Source of the DNA: an uncultured Verrucomicrobiae bacterium
Lineage (GTDB): Bacteria > Verrucomicrobiota > Verrucomicrobiia > Limisphaerales > Palsa-1400
Direction: 5' to 3'
DNA length: 64,000 nt
Assembly: GCA_963707025.1 (NCBI GenBank)
Contig: CAVPOM010000010.1
Coordinates: forward strand, 128,001 to 192,000
Below, one piece after another: positions 39,851-49,764 of the stretch (position 1 is the stretch's first letter; each line of letters begins with the position of its first letter). Position numbers and translations under genes: made by a program. The notes under the pieces are model-generated. The model was not told the origin of the DNA, did not search any database, and saw nothing but the letters and a program-made list of their open reading frames with translations.

Positions 39851-41838
39851 GCGTCCTTTTCGGTTCCTGGTTGTTCTGCTGGCGGAACGGATGCGGCGGC
39901 GGGCAATTCGAGGGTAAATTCGGCGCCGTGGCCGGGGCCGTCGCTGCGGGCGGTGAGGGTGCCGCCCATTTCTTTGGCGGCGTTGGCGCCGCTATGGAGG
40001 CCGAAGCCATGGCCGTCCTTCTTGGTGGTAAAGCCGTGGTTGAAAATCCGGGTCAGATGCTCCGGCTCAATCCCGACACCATTGTCGGCGATGGTGATTC
40101 TTACCCGGTCAGGCGAGGCCAGGCCGACCCGCACGACCAGGCGCTTGGGCTGTCCGCCCTGCGCATCCATGGCATACTTGGCGTTGCGGAGCAGGTTGAT
40201 GAGAATTTGCAACACCTTGTGCCGGTCCACGCGCGCCAGCGGGATGTTCTCGGCAAACTCGCGAACCGGCTCGATGCCATGCCGGTCAAAGGCGGCCGCA
40301 TTCATGCGCAAGGCATCTTCCACCAAGGCGACCAGGTCCAGGTTTTCATAGACGCCGGAGACTTTGGCGTAGCTCTGCTGCATCGCCACAATCTCCTTGA
40401 TGTGCTCGATATGCTGGCCAACGGAGTCCATTTTCGCGATCAACTTGGTCTGTTCGCCGGCCAACTGGTCCGCCACCGTGACCAGGTATTCGGGAATGAG
40501 TTTGCCCTTTGGGTCGTCGGTGAGGAATTCGGCCAGGCGTCCGTTTTGCTCGCGCAAGACGGCGGCGGCGCGGCGCAGATTGGCCACCTTGGAGTGGCGC
40601 AACCGGTCCACCACCACCGTGGCGGCCACACTGACGCTGTTGAGGACATTGCCGACATTGTGCAGCACGCCCGTGGCCACCTCGGCCATGCCGGCCAGCC
40701 GGGAGGTGCCGATCAACTGCCGGTTGAGCTTGTCGAGTTGCTCGGCATCCAGTTTCTGCCGGGTGACGTCCAGGAAGATGCCGCGCAGGGCCACCGGCCG
40801 GCCGTTCTCCACCAGCACCGTGCCGCTCTCCCGGATCCAAACCGTCCGTCCATCGGCCGCCATCATGCGGTACTCGCAAGTGTAGGGCTGAGCACGGGCC
40901 GCCAGTTCGTGGCCGGTCCGGACGGCCTTGGCCGCGTCCTGCGGGTGCAGTTTCTCCTCCCAAAAGTTTGGCTGGTCCAGCCACACCTGGGGCTGATAAC
41001 CCAGAATCTCCTTGCACTGGCGGCTGATGAAGGTGAAGCGGAAGGTGTCCGGCGCGCGTTCCCAGACGATGCCATCAATGGAGTTAATCAGCGCTTCCAT
41101 CTTCTGTTGCGACAGGCTCAGCGCGGCATCCTGGCTCTGAATGCGGCTGAGCATCTCGTTGAAGGACTCGGCCAGCCTGCCCAGTTCGTCGCCCCGGCTG
41201 CCCACGACGGCGCGGACCGAGTAGTCCTTTTTCTCGCCGACGATATGGGCGGTCTGCGCCAACTGGAGCACTGGATTGGTAATGGTGCGTCCCAACCGGC
41301 TCGAAAGGAACGCCGCCAAACCGCTGGACACAGCTATGACACCCATCACGACCAGGCTGTAGAAACCGAGCAGTTCCAGAAACGTTTGCCGATAGTCCGA
41401 CCGCAGGTAAAGCGTGCCCACCCGTTCCCCCTTCGACTTGACCGCCTCGGTGACAAGCAGGTGTCCGCCGACGAAACGGTATCCTCCCGCCGGCGGAAAT
41501 TGCGACCGCGCCTCTGCGTTCTCAGCCGGCCCGGGAGGGTAATGGGCGAACAGGGAGCCGTCAGGCAAAACCAGGCTGGCCGCCAGCACGGTGGGTTTGG
41601 CCTGGAGGGTATTGAGCACCTCGGTCGCGGCCTGGTCATATTTGAAGTCCATCGCCGCGGTACTGTTGTTGGCGATGACGGTCGCCAGGGTGGCGGTGTC
41701 CTGCTGGAAATTGGAGCGGAAGTTCAGGACCTGGAAGGTGAACAGCGCCGCGATGGCGACGCAGAGGACCGCGCCGCAAATGAGCAGCGTCATCACCAGC
41801 ATCTTCTGCTCAATGGGAAGATTTCGCAACAGTTTCAT
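39847..41838 (-). CDS. Membrane sensor histidine kinase (periplasmic sensor-HAMP-PAS-HK)
   Basis: Two TM, DELGRLAESFNEM, VLHNVGNVL, GFTTKKDGHGFGLH. Confidence 0.92.
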   Translation of the reverse strand: MKLLRNLPIEQKMLVMTLLICGAVLCVAIAALFTFQVLNFRSNFQQDTATLATVIANNSTAAMDFKYDQAATEVLNTLQAKPTVLAASLVLPDGSLFAHYPPGPAENAEARSQFPPAGGYRFVGGHLLVTEAVKSKGERVGTLYLRSDYRQTFLELLGFYSLVVMGVIAVSSGLAAFLSSRLGRTITNPVLQLAQTAHIVGEKKDYSVRAVVGSRGDELGRLAESFNEMLSRIQSQDAALSLSQQKMEALINSIDGIVWERAPDTFRFTFISRQCKEILGYQPQVWLDQPNFWEEKLHPQDAAKAVRTGHELAARAQPYTCEYRMMAADGRTVWIRESGTVLVENGRPVALRGIFLDVTRQKLDAEQLDKLNRQLIGTSRLAGMAEVATGVLHNVGNVLNSVSVAATVVVDRLRHSKVANLRRAAAVLREQNGRLAEFLTDDPKGKLIPEYLVTVADQLAGEQTKLIAKMDSVGQHIEHIKEIVAMQQSYAKVSGVYENLDLVALVEDALRMNAAAFDRHGIEPVREFAENIPLARVDRHKVLQILINLLRNAKYAMDAQGGQPKRLVVRVGLASPDRVRITIADNGVGIEPEHLTRIFNHGFTTKKDGHGFGLHSGANAAKEMGGTLTARSDGPGHGAEFTLELPAAASVPPAEQPGTEKDA

Positions 41839-42463
41839 CGTGTCTCCAGGCGGACTACGACTCCTGAATCCATGTCGGGAGGTTCACCTGGCAAGGCCTG
41901 GGGGGATCCGGGGCGGGTGCGCGCGCGTCCAAAGCCAAGGCGGAGACGTTTGACCGGCAAGGCTTGGGGGCATTTGGGGCGGGCCGCCGAAAACTCGCGC
42001 GGCGCCTTCTCCCAACCGCGGTGACCAACAGGGCAACCAGGAGAATCAAGATGGCATTCCAGAAATGAGCGCCCATTTGAAAATCCCACTGGGTGCCAAT
42101 CAAGGCAACCGTGAGAATCAAGAAGGCGGCCTGCCACGATAAAGCACGGCTCCATCTTACCTTTCGTACATGTAAGCCAGCATCCACGCAAGCTTTTTCG
42201 AGCAGTTGACGTGCCAAGGGCGCTGTTCGCGCCTTGCCTTGGCCTTTGTGGCGGGGGGTTGATTAAAAGCATCGGTCCATACCCGGTAAAATCTGCCCTG
42301 TGCTTTTGGGAAAGCGGCAAAAATGATCAGTTCGTCAAGCAGGAGTTGCTGTTGTAACCACCAAAGAAGGAACGAAATTTGGACCAGGCCTTCGCCCGGC
42401 AGCCGCACCTGCGCCGCCGCCTGCTGGAAACTGCCGGCCGGGTGGACCCCGCGGCCAAGGTAG

Positions 42464-43060
42464 TCAGCCTCCCGGACGCGACGCCAGGCTCATTAACTTG
42501 GAACTGATTTTCAACCCCGCGCTGGTGGCGGCGTCCTTGTTGATTTGGAACCGCATTTTGGTCCCCTCCACGAAGAAGTTGATCATGCCACCGGATTCGG
42601 TGAAATGGTCCGTGTCCCCCACGGTCAGGACACTGGCCCCTTTGAGGCTCTCCAGGATCTCCGGCAGCCGCTTTTTTTCGGAGCTGCTGATGAAAAGAAT
42701 GTGACAGTTGGTGACCTGCGCCGGCCAGCGAAACTCCCTGATTTCCAGCGGACGCGCATCCACGGTCTTATCGCGAATCGTGCGGGCCAGCTCGTCCCCG
42801 AAGGGGTTCTCGCCCAGAACGCCGAGGACAATGGGGTCTGTCCTTTTGGCAAAGGCCTGCGGCGGCCAATCCACGAATTTGGCGAAATTGAACAGAAAGG
42901 CGGCCTTGATCTGGTACTCCGTCGGCTGGGATGATGGCGCGCCGCCAGCGCCGCCGGTCAGTGGCAGCCAGGTCAGACTCAGGCCTAAAATTGAGATGGC
43001 GCGCCAACGCATGAACCTTTGAGTCGCAGTGCCCGCCTGGCGTCCTGCGGATTGCTCCAT
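42464..43060 (-). CDS. YfiR-family (DUF4154) periplasmic protein
   Basis: EYQIKAAFLFNFAKFVDWP, CHILFIS, GLKISSKLMSLA. Confidence 0.9.
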   Translation of the reverse strand: MEQSAGRQAGTATQRFMRWRAISILGLSLTWLPLTGGAGGAPSSQPTEYQIKAAFLFNFAKFVDWPPQAFAKRTDPIVLGVLGENPFGDELARTIRDKTVDARPLEIREFRWPAQVTNCHILFISSSEKKRLPEILESLKGASVLTVGDTDHFTESGGMINFFVEGTKMRFQINKDAATSAGLKISSKLMSLASRPGG

Positions 43061-43255
43061 TTCATTTCGACCCAGTTTAACTCAAAACGCAAGGAGAAGT
43101 TTGCGCCCGCCATGCGGGTTCGGTTTGCCTGGGCGGAGGTTGACAGGGGCGAAGTCAAAGCCCTGACTTCGCAGCAGGCCCGGTCCATCCCCGCTCGGCG
43201 ATTCAGCGCGCCGCGCAGAACGGGCTTGCCAACCTCCCGTCCAGCGTGCTTGAGT

Positions 43256-43390
43256 TAGCGCGGTTTAAGAAATTGTGTAGCCCTGAATGAGGATGGTAGG
43301 GCGCGCACTCCGTGCGCGCCGCGGCGGGCAATCCCGGCCTGCCGGGACCCTACCGTGTAATGCGGCTGCAGTATTTGTGAAACCGCTCTA
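43256..43390. mobile_element. MITE-like element, second copy
   Basis: TAGCGCGGTTT...AAACCGCTCTA; interior similar to 32501-32630. Confidence 0.7.
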
Positions 43391-43400
43391 GGCGCAAAGC

Positions 43401-45473
43401 ATGAACAAGCCAAATTGCACCCGCCGGCCCGCCAGGGCTGGCGGGTGGCGTTGCTCCATGCTCCTGCGGCGCGCCTGGCCAATGCTGGCCTTGTTGGGGG
43501 CGCTGCTCGCCCCGCCGGCGGAGCTTGACGCGCAAACCAACCAGATGGATCTGACCCAACTCCCGCTGGAAGAGTTGATGAAGCTGGACGTTCCCAAGGT
43601 TTACGGCGCGTCCAGGCTTGAGCAAAAAACGACCGAAGCGCCCTCTTCCGTGACGATCATCACGGCTGACGAAATCCACAAGCAAGGTTATCGAACCCTG
43701 GCGGATGTCCTGGGCAGCGTGCAGGGCTTCAACATCTCTTATGACCGCAACTACGCCTTCCTGGGCGCCCAAGGCATCAGCCTGGGCGATTTCAACGACC
43801 GGGTGCTCCTGCTCGTGGACGGCCACCGGGTCAATAACGACTTCAACGACGGCGCGTTCATTGACACGGCCTTCCTCCTCGACATTGATCTGGTGGACCG
43901 GGTTGAAATCATCCGCGGCCCCGGCTCGGCCCTCTACGGCAACAACGCCTTTTTCGGTGTGATCAACGTCATTACCCGCCAGGGCAGGCAGCTTAACGGC
44001 TTCGAAACTTCCGGTGAATACGGTTGGTTCGGCGAGCGCAAGTTCCGGCTCAGTTATGGAGAGCACTTTACCAACGGCATCCAGATGCTGCTCTCCGCAA
44101 CCTATTACGACAGCGACGGCCAGGATCGCTTGTTTTACAAGGAATTCGACACCCCGGCCCAAAACCACGGCGTGGCGCAGAACATGGATGGCGATATCTC
44201 CGCCAGTTTGTTTGGTTCGCTGGGCTACGGGGACTTTACCCTGGAGAGCGCCTTTAATCAGCGGGTCAAATTCAATCCAACGGCCCAATTCGCCCTGACC
44301 ACCTTCGACGACCCGCGCTTGCGCACGATAGATGAGCAGGACTATTCCTCGTTGAAATACGCCCACAGTTTTCCGGATGTCGTGGATGTGACGGCGCAGG
44401 TTTATTACGACGGTTACACCCACGCCATTGGCTATCCGCAATCGGTGCCCACCAACAATTTGGTTTCCAGCAGATTTTCCACCGAAAAGGACATGGGCGA
44501 ATGGTGGGGCGCCGAACTGCAACTCAACAAACGCTTGTGGGACCGGCATGTTGTCACCCTGGGCGCGGAATTCCGGGACGACTTCCTGCAGGACTCGCGG
44601 GTGGTCGTGCAGGGCCAGCCGGACCAGGGTTCCCACGCCAGCACCAACCGCCTCAGCTACGGGGTCTATGCGCAAGGCGATTTCGCCCTGCTGACCAATC
44701 TCCATTTCAACGCGGGGGTGCGTTATGATCAATACGGCGATTTCAATCCGGCGGCCAATCCGCGTCTGGCTCTGATTTACCAGCCCTGGGAAAAATCCAC
44801 CTTCAAGGCCATTTACGGCACGGCCTTTCGCGTGCCCAGTTTTTATGAGCTGACCACTTCGGACCATGCGCTCAATCCGGAGGAAATCGCCAGCTATGAG
44901 CTGGTCTATGAGCAGGAAGCCGGACCGCACTTGCGATCTTCCGTCTCCGGCTATTACAATCAAATGGACAATTTGCTCGTTTTTAGCAGCGGGAGCTTTA
45001 CCAACTTCAACGCCAACACCAAAGGCCTGGAACTGGCCCTGGAAGCCTTCTCGGCCGGCGGCCTGCGCGGCCGGGCCAGCTATTCGCTTCAGGACACCCG
45101 CAATTCGTCGGTCGGCTGGGAGATGCCGGATTCGCCCGAGCAGATGTTCAAATTCGATCTCAGTGTGCCCCTGGTCAAAGACAAACTTTTTGCCGGCCTG
45201 GAATTCCAGTACACCAGCAGCCGCCGCAGCCTCCACAACATCACCGACCCAAGCGGCCAGCCGCTGACCGTGCAAGGCGAGGATACGGGCGGTTTTGGCA
45301 TCGTCAACCTGACGCTGTTGAGCCGGAAGGTGGTCAGGAACCTCGAATTCTCAGCCAGCGTTTACAACCTCCTGGACCACCTCTACGCTGATCCGGCCTC
45401 GCAGTTCCATATACAGGACATTATCGAGCAAGACGGCCGCAGTTTCCGCCTCAAACTGACGTACCACTTTTAG
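43401..45473 (+). CDS. TonB-dependent receptor
   Basis: DLTQLPLEELM, APSSVTIIT, RVEIIRGPGSALYG; terminal LTYHF. Confidence 0.93.
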   Translation: MNKPNCTRRPARAGGWRCSMLLRRAWPMLALLGALLAPPAELDAQTNQMDLTQLPLEELMKLDVPKVYGASRLEQKTTEAPSSVTIITADEIHKQGYRTLADVLGSVQGFNISYDRNYAFLGAQGISLGDFNDRVLLLVDGHRVNNDFNDGAFIDTAFLLDIDLVDRVEIIRGPGSALYGNNAFFGVINVITRQGRQLNGFETSGEYGWFGERKFRLSYGEHFTNGIQMLLSATYYDSDGQDRLFYKEFDTPAQNHGVAQNMDGDISASLFGSLGYGDFTLESAFNQRVKFNPTAQFALTTFDDPRLRTIDEQDYSSLKYAHSFPDVVDVTAQVYYDGYTHAIGYPQSVPTNNLVSSRFSTEKDMGEWWGAELQLNKRLWDRHVVTLGAEFRDDFLQDSRVVVQGQPDQGSHASTNRLSYGVYAQGDFALLTNLHFNAGVRYDQYGDFNPAANPRLALIYQPWEKSTFKAIYGTAFRVPSFYELTTSDHALNPEEIASYELVYEQEAGPHLRSSVSGYYNQMDNLLVFSSGSFTNFNANTKGLELALEAFSAGGLRGRASYSLQDTRNSSVGWEMPDSPEQMFKFDLSVPLVKDKLFAGLEFQYTSSRRSLHNITDPSGQPLTVQGEDTGGFGIVNLTLLSRKVVRNLEFSASVYNLLDHLYADPASQFHIQDIIEQDGRSFRLKLTYHF

Positions 45474-45504
45474 ACAGTGGCACGGAATTAGCTTATTATA
45501 TTGA

Positions 45505-48150
45505 ATGTTCAGCATGAGAGAAAGGCTGGTTCTCAGTTGGCCGCGAGCGCCGGCCATCTGTCTTCTGTTTTTCAGCTTGCTTGCGGCAAGTCCCTGCCAA
45601 GCCGGCGGCCCGCCGCCATACATCATTGTCCAACCTTTGAGCATAAGTGTCCCAATCCAGGACACGGCGGCCTTTCAAGTCGTGGCCTACAGCGGTACCA
45701 CGATGAGCTACCAGTGGCTCAAGAACGGCTCGATCATTGCCAAAGCTAATCTCAGCAGCTACACGATTTCTAACGTTCAGGTCAACGATCAGGCAACCTA
45801 TTCGGTTCAGATCAGCAATGCGGGAGGTTCGGTCACCAGCTCCAACGCGACCTTGACCGTCCTGTTTCCACCGGCCATTACGACCCAGCCGCAAAGCCAG
45901 ATCGCGGCGCAGCATCAAAGTGTTTCATTCTCCGTCGCGGCCAGCGGCTCGACACCGTTCAGCTATCAATGGTATTTCAACGGCGCCTCGTTGGGCACGG
46001 CAGCCCAAAGTGCGACGCTCAAGTACAGCAGCGTTGGCACGGGGAGAACCGGCCGCTACACGGTGGTGGTGGCGAACGCGGCGGGCTCGGTGACCAGCGC
46101 GGTGGCGACGTTGACGGTCTATATTCCGCCAGGAATCGAGACCCAACCGCAGAACCAGACGGTGACGCAGGGCCAGGGCGCTTCCTTCTCCGTCGTGGCC
46201 AACGGCTCGGCCCCGTTGAGCTATCAGTGGAATTTGAATGGCACGGCCCTGTCCGGCGCCACCAACGCAACCTTGGCCCTCCCCAGCGCCCAGGGGACCG
46301 ACGCCGGCAGCTACACGGTGTTGGTGGCGAACCCTGTTGGCAGCGTTCTCAGCCAGGCGGCGACGCTGACGGTTAATATCCCGCCGGCGATCACAACCCA
46401 GCCGCAGGGCCAGACGCTGATCCAGGGGCAGAATGCCTCGTTCTCCGTGGTGGCGAGCGGCACGCCGAATTTGAATTATCAGTGGTATTTGAACGGCTCC
46501 TCGTTGGGCAGCGGCGCGCCGCAAAGCTCAACGCTCACGCTCAACGATGTTGGGGCGAACAACGCCGGCAGCTACACAGTCGTGGTCAACAATAACTTTG
46601 GCTCGGTCACCAGCGCGGTGGCGGCCTTGACCGTCCTGGTCCCGGCGGGCATCACGACGCAGCCGCAGAGCCAGGCGGTGGTGCAGGGTCAAAACGCTTC
46701 CTTCTCCGTGGCAGCCAGCGGCACGGCGCCATTGAACTATCAGTGGAGTTGCAACGGCGCGGCCTTGTCCGGCGCCACCAATGCCGCGCTGACGCTGACC
46801 AATGTTCAGCCGGCCAACGCCGGCAGCTACACCGTGCTGGTGTCCAACTCCTGGGGTTCGGTCCCGAGCGCGGTGGCGACGCTGAGCGTTAATATTCCGC
46901 CGGCGATCACGACCCAGCCGCAGGGCCAGACGCTGATCCAAGGGCAAAACGCTTCCTTCTCCGTGGTGGCGAGCGGCACGCCGAATTTGAATTATCAGTG
47001 GTATTTGAACGGCTCCTCGTTGGTCAGCGGCGTGGCGCAAAGTTCCACGCTCACCCTCAACGATGTTGGGACGAACAACGCCGGCAGCTACACGGTGGTG
47101 GTCAATAATAATTGGGGTTCGGTCACCAGCGCGGTGGCGGCCTTGACGGTGCTCATCCCGGCGGGCATCACGACGCAGCCGCAGAGCCAGGCGGTGGTGC
47201 AGGGTCAAAACGCTTCCTTCTCCGTGGCGGCCAGCGGCACGGCGCCATTGAACTATCAGTGGAGTTGCAACGGCGCGGCCTTGTCCGGCGCCACCAATAC
47301 CGCGCTGACGCTGACCAATGTTCAGCCGGCCAACGCCGGCAGCTACACGGTGCTGGTGGCCAACTCCTGGGGTTCGGTCCCAAGCGCGGTGGCGACCCTG
47401 ACGGTCTATGTTCCGCCGGCCATTACAACCCAACCGCAAAGCCAGGCGCTGGTCCAGGGTCAGACCGCTTCCCTCTCCGTCGTGGCCGGCGGCACGACAC
47501 CGTTCACCTATCAATGGTATTTCAACGGCTCCTCCTTGGGCGGGGCCGCGGCGCAAAGTTCCATGCTATCGGTTGACAACATTGGGACGAATAACGCCGG
47601 CAGCTACACGGTGGTGGTCAATAATAATTGGGGCTCGGCCACCAGCGCGGTGGCGACCCTGACGGTGATTGTTGGGCCGGCCATCACCTCCCAGCCGCAG
47701 AGCCAGGCCGTGGCGGCGGGCCAGAGCGCTTTGTTCCTCGTCGGAGCCAGTGGCCTGGCCACCAGCTTTCAGTGGAATTTCAACAGCGCGGCCGTTGCCG
47801 GCGCCACCAATGCTTCGCTCACTCTCACCAATGTTCAAACGACCAACGCCGGCAGCTACACGGTATGGGTGACCAATCCCGCCGGAAGCGTTCTCAGCCA
47901 GATGGCGACCCTGACCGTGACCAACCCCGTCGTCCTCCTGGCGCTCGCTGGTGGCGGCGGAATCCCACCCAGTGGCTTCACCTTCCAGGTGTTGGTGCCG
48001 AGCGGGCTTACCTACGTTATTCTGGCTTCGACTGATTTCCAGACCTGGACACCCATCGCCACCAACGTCGCCACCGCCGGAAGCGTCTTTTTTACGGATG
48101 CTGCCGCCACAAACCATCCCATCCGGTTCTATCGGGCGCTGGCACAGTAA
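45505..48150 (+). CDS. Secreted protein with nine immunoglobulin-like repeats
   Basis: Signal; repeats ITTQPQSQ..YQW..NAGSYTV..SAVATLTV; C-terminal STDFQTW...RFYR. Confidence 0.92.
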   Translation: MFSMRERLVLSWPRAPAICLLFFSLLAASPCQAGGPPPYIIVQPLSISVPIQDTAAFQVVAYSGTTMSYQWLKNGSIIAKANLSSYTISNVQVNDQATYSVQISNAGGSVTSSNATLTVLFPPAITTQPQSQIAAQHQSVSFSVAASGSTPFSYQWYFNGASLGTAAQSATLKYSSVGTGRTGRYTVVVANAAGSVTSAVATLTVYIPPGIETQPQNQTVTQGQGASFSVVANGSAPLSYQWNLNGTALSGATNATLALPSAQGTDAGSYTVLVANPVGSVLSQAATLTVNIPPAITTQPQGQTLIQGQNASFSVVASGTPNLNYQWYLNGSSLGSGAPQSSTLTLNDVGANNAGSYTVVVNNNFGSVTSAVAALTVLVPAGITTQPQSQAVVQGQNASFSVAASGTAPLNYQWSCNGAALSGATNAALTLTNVQPANAGSYTVLVSNSWGSVPSAVATLSVNIPPAITTQPQGQTLIQGQNASFSVVASGTPNLNYQWYLNGSSLVSGVAQSSTLTLNDVGTNNAGSYTVVVNNNWGSVTSAVAALTVLIPAGITTQPQSQAVVQGQNASFSVAASGTAPLNYQWSCNGAALSGATNTALTLTNVQPANAGSYTVLVANSWGSVPSAVATLTVYVPPAITTQPQSQALVQGQTASLSVVAGGTTPFTYQWYFNGSSLGGAAAQSSMLSVDNIGTNNAGSYTVVVNNNWGSATSAVATLTVIVGPAITSQPQSQAVAAGQSALFLVGASGLATSFQWNFNSAAVAGATNASLTLTNVQTTNAGSYTVWVTNPAGSVLSQMATLTVTNPVVLLALAGGGGIPPSGFTFQVLVPSGLTYVILASTDFQTWTPIATNVATAGSVFFTDAAATNHPIRFYRALAQ

Positions 48151-48180
48151 AGGCCCCGGTCCTTGAATTTTGCAGGGCCG

Positions 48181-48300
48181 GGACCTCTGCAAAACCCCTG
48201 TAGCAGAGGTCTATGACCATCGCCATGCCGTTACTTCCCCTGGTTTGCGGCGGCTACAGACCGCCGCCACAATCGTGGACGCGCGTTTTGCAGAGGTCTC
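48181..48300. mobile_element. MITE-like element with internal degenerate REP pair
   Basis: Perfect 14-bp inverted ends GACCTCTGCAAAAC / GTTTTGCAGAGGTC. Confidence 0.65.
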
Positions 48301-48438
48301 GGACCAGGACAGTCATGCTTTCACCTTCAAAAATGGCCGCCAGAGTCCCATCTGCCCGAAAATAATCGGGGCTAATTGTTGCGGCACGGAGTTGAATTCG
48401 CTATTGCCAGTTCACCATTCGGAATTCACCATGCCCGC

Positions 48439-49764
48439 GTGATCGTTCCCTGCCACAGGTTGCTGATCTGGACTGCCTTGGTGCTGTTGCCGGCGGCGCT
48501 GCTGGCGGGCGTGATCGCGCCCTTGTTCCCCATCGCCGCCGCGGTCGTCACCCTCTTTGCCGCGCTCGCCGCGCTGGATGCCATGCTCGGCCAGGGCGCG
48601 CTGGAGGGTATCCAGGTCCAGTTGCCCCCCGTCGTCAGGCTGAGCAAGGACCGCCCCGGCGCCATCGAAATTCAGATCAAAAACGACCTGCAGAAACCCA
48701 AACAGCTCCGCCTCGGCCTCCCCTTGCCCCGCGAATTTTCCGCCCCGCAGGAGGACCTGACTGTCCAGCTCCCCGGCAAATCCCTCCTTTCCCGACTCTC
48801 CTGGCCCTGCACCGCTTTGCGCCGCGGCCGTTACCTTCTGGGCCAGTGCCACATCGAAACCGTCTCACCCCTGGGCTTTTGGGCGGTGCGCGCCGCCGCC
48901 CCGGCCCCCTGCGAATTGCGGGTTTATCCCAATTTGCTCCTCGAACGCAACGCCTGCGCCGCCCTGTTCCTCAACCGCCACTCCCTCGGCGCCCACGCCC
49001 AGCGCCAGATCGGCAAGGGCCGCGACTTCGAGCAACTCCGCGACTACATCTCCGGCGACGGCTACGAGGACATCCATTGGAAGGCCACCGCCAAGCGCGG
49101 CCATCCTGTCACCAAGATTTTTCAGATGGAGCGGACCCAGGAAATCTACGTCATCGTGGACGCCTCCCGCTTGAGCGCGCGCCTGGCGCCGGGCGGCGTC
49201 ACCATCCTGGAGCGGTTCATCACCGCCGGCCTGGTCCTCGGCCTGGCCGCCCAGCAGCAGGGCGATCTGTTCGGCCTCATCACCTTCAGCGACCGCATCG
49301 AGAATTTTGTCCGCGCCAAAAACGGCCGCTCCCATTACAACCTCTGCCGCGACGCCATTTACGCCCTCCACCCCCGGCAGGTCACGCCCGATTTCGACGA
49401 GCTGGCCACCTTCATCCGCCTGCGCCTGCGCCGGCGCGCCCTCCTGGTCATCCTCACCTCGCTGGATGATCCGGTGCTGGCGGAAAGCTTTGTGCGCGAC
49501 ATGGACCTGATCTGCCGGCAGCACGTCATTCTGGTCAACATGATGCAGTCGCCGGACATCGCCCCGATGTTTTCCGGGGCCACCGCCTCGGGCCTGGACG
49601 ATCTCTACCAGCATCTGGGCGCCCACATTCTCTGGAACAACCTGCGCCAACTGGAAATCCGCCTGCAACGCCGCGGCGTCCGCTTCTCCCTGGTCCCGAA
49701 CGAGGCCCTCAGCGCCCAGCTCATCACCCAGTACATGACCGTCAAACGGAGGCAAATGCTGTGA
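48439..49764 (+). CDS. DUF58 domain protein (MoxR partner)
   Basis: LRVYPNL, DFEQLRDYISGD..DIHWKATAK, VDASRLS. Confidence 0.9.
   Translation: MIVPCHRLLIWTALVLLPAALLAGVIAPLFPIAAAVVTLFAALAALDAMLGQGALEGIQVQLPPVVRLSKDRPGAIEIQIKNDLQKPKQLRLGLPLPREFSAPQEDLTVQLPGKSLLSRLSWPCTALRRGRYLLGQCHIETVSPLGFWAVRAAAPAPCELRVYPNLLLERNACAALFLNRHSLGAHAQRQIGKGRDFEQLRDYISGDGYEDIHWKATAKRGHPVTKIFQMERTQEIYVIVDASRLSARLAPGGVTILERFITAGLVLGLAAQQQGDLFGLITFSDRIENFVRAKNGRSHYNLCRDAIYALHPRQVTPDFDELATFIRLRLRRRALLVILTSLDDPVLAESFVRDMDLICRQHVILVNMMQSPDIAPMFSGATASGLDDLYQHLGAHILWNNLRQLEIRLQRRGVRFSLVPNEALSAQLITQYMTVKRRQML

Noticed and set aside
43108..43131. c-di-GMP-I riboswitch upstream of YfiR (GGCAAACC...GGGCGCAAA on the minus strand)
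   Set aside because: Lacks the GNRA loop and the downstream conserved stem; likely chance.
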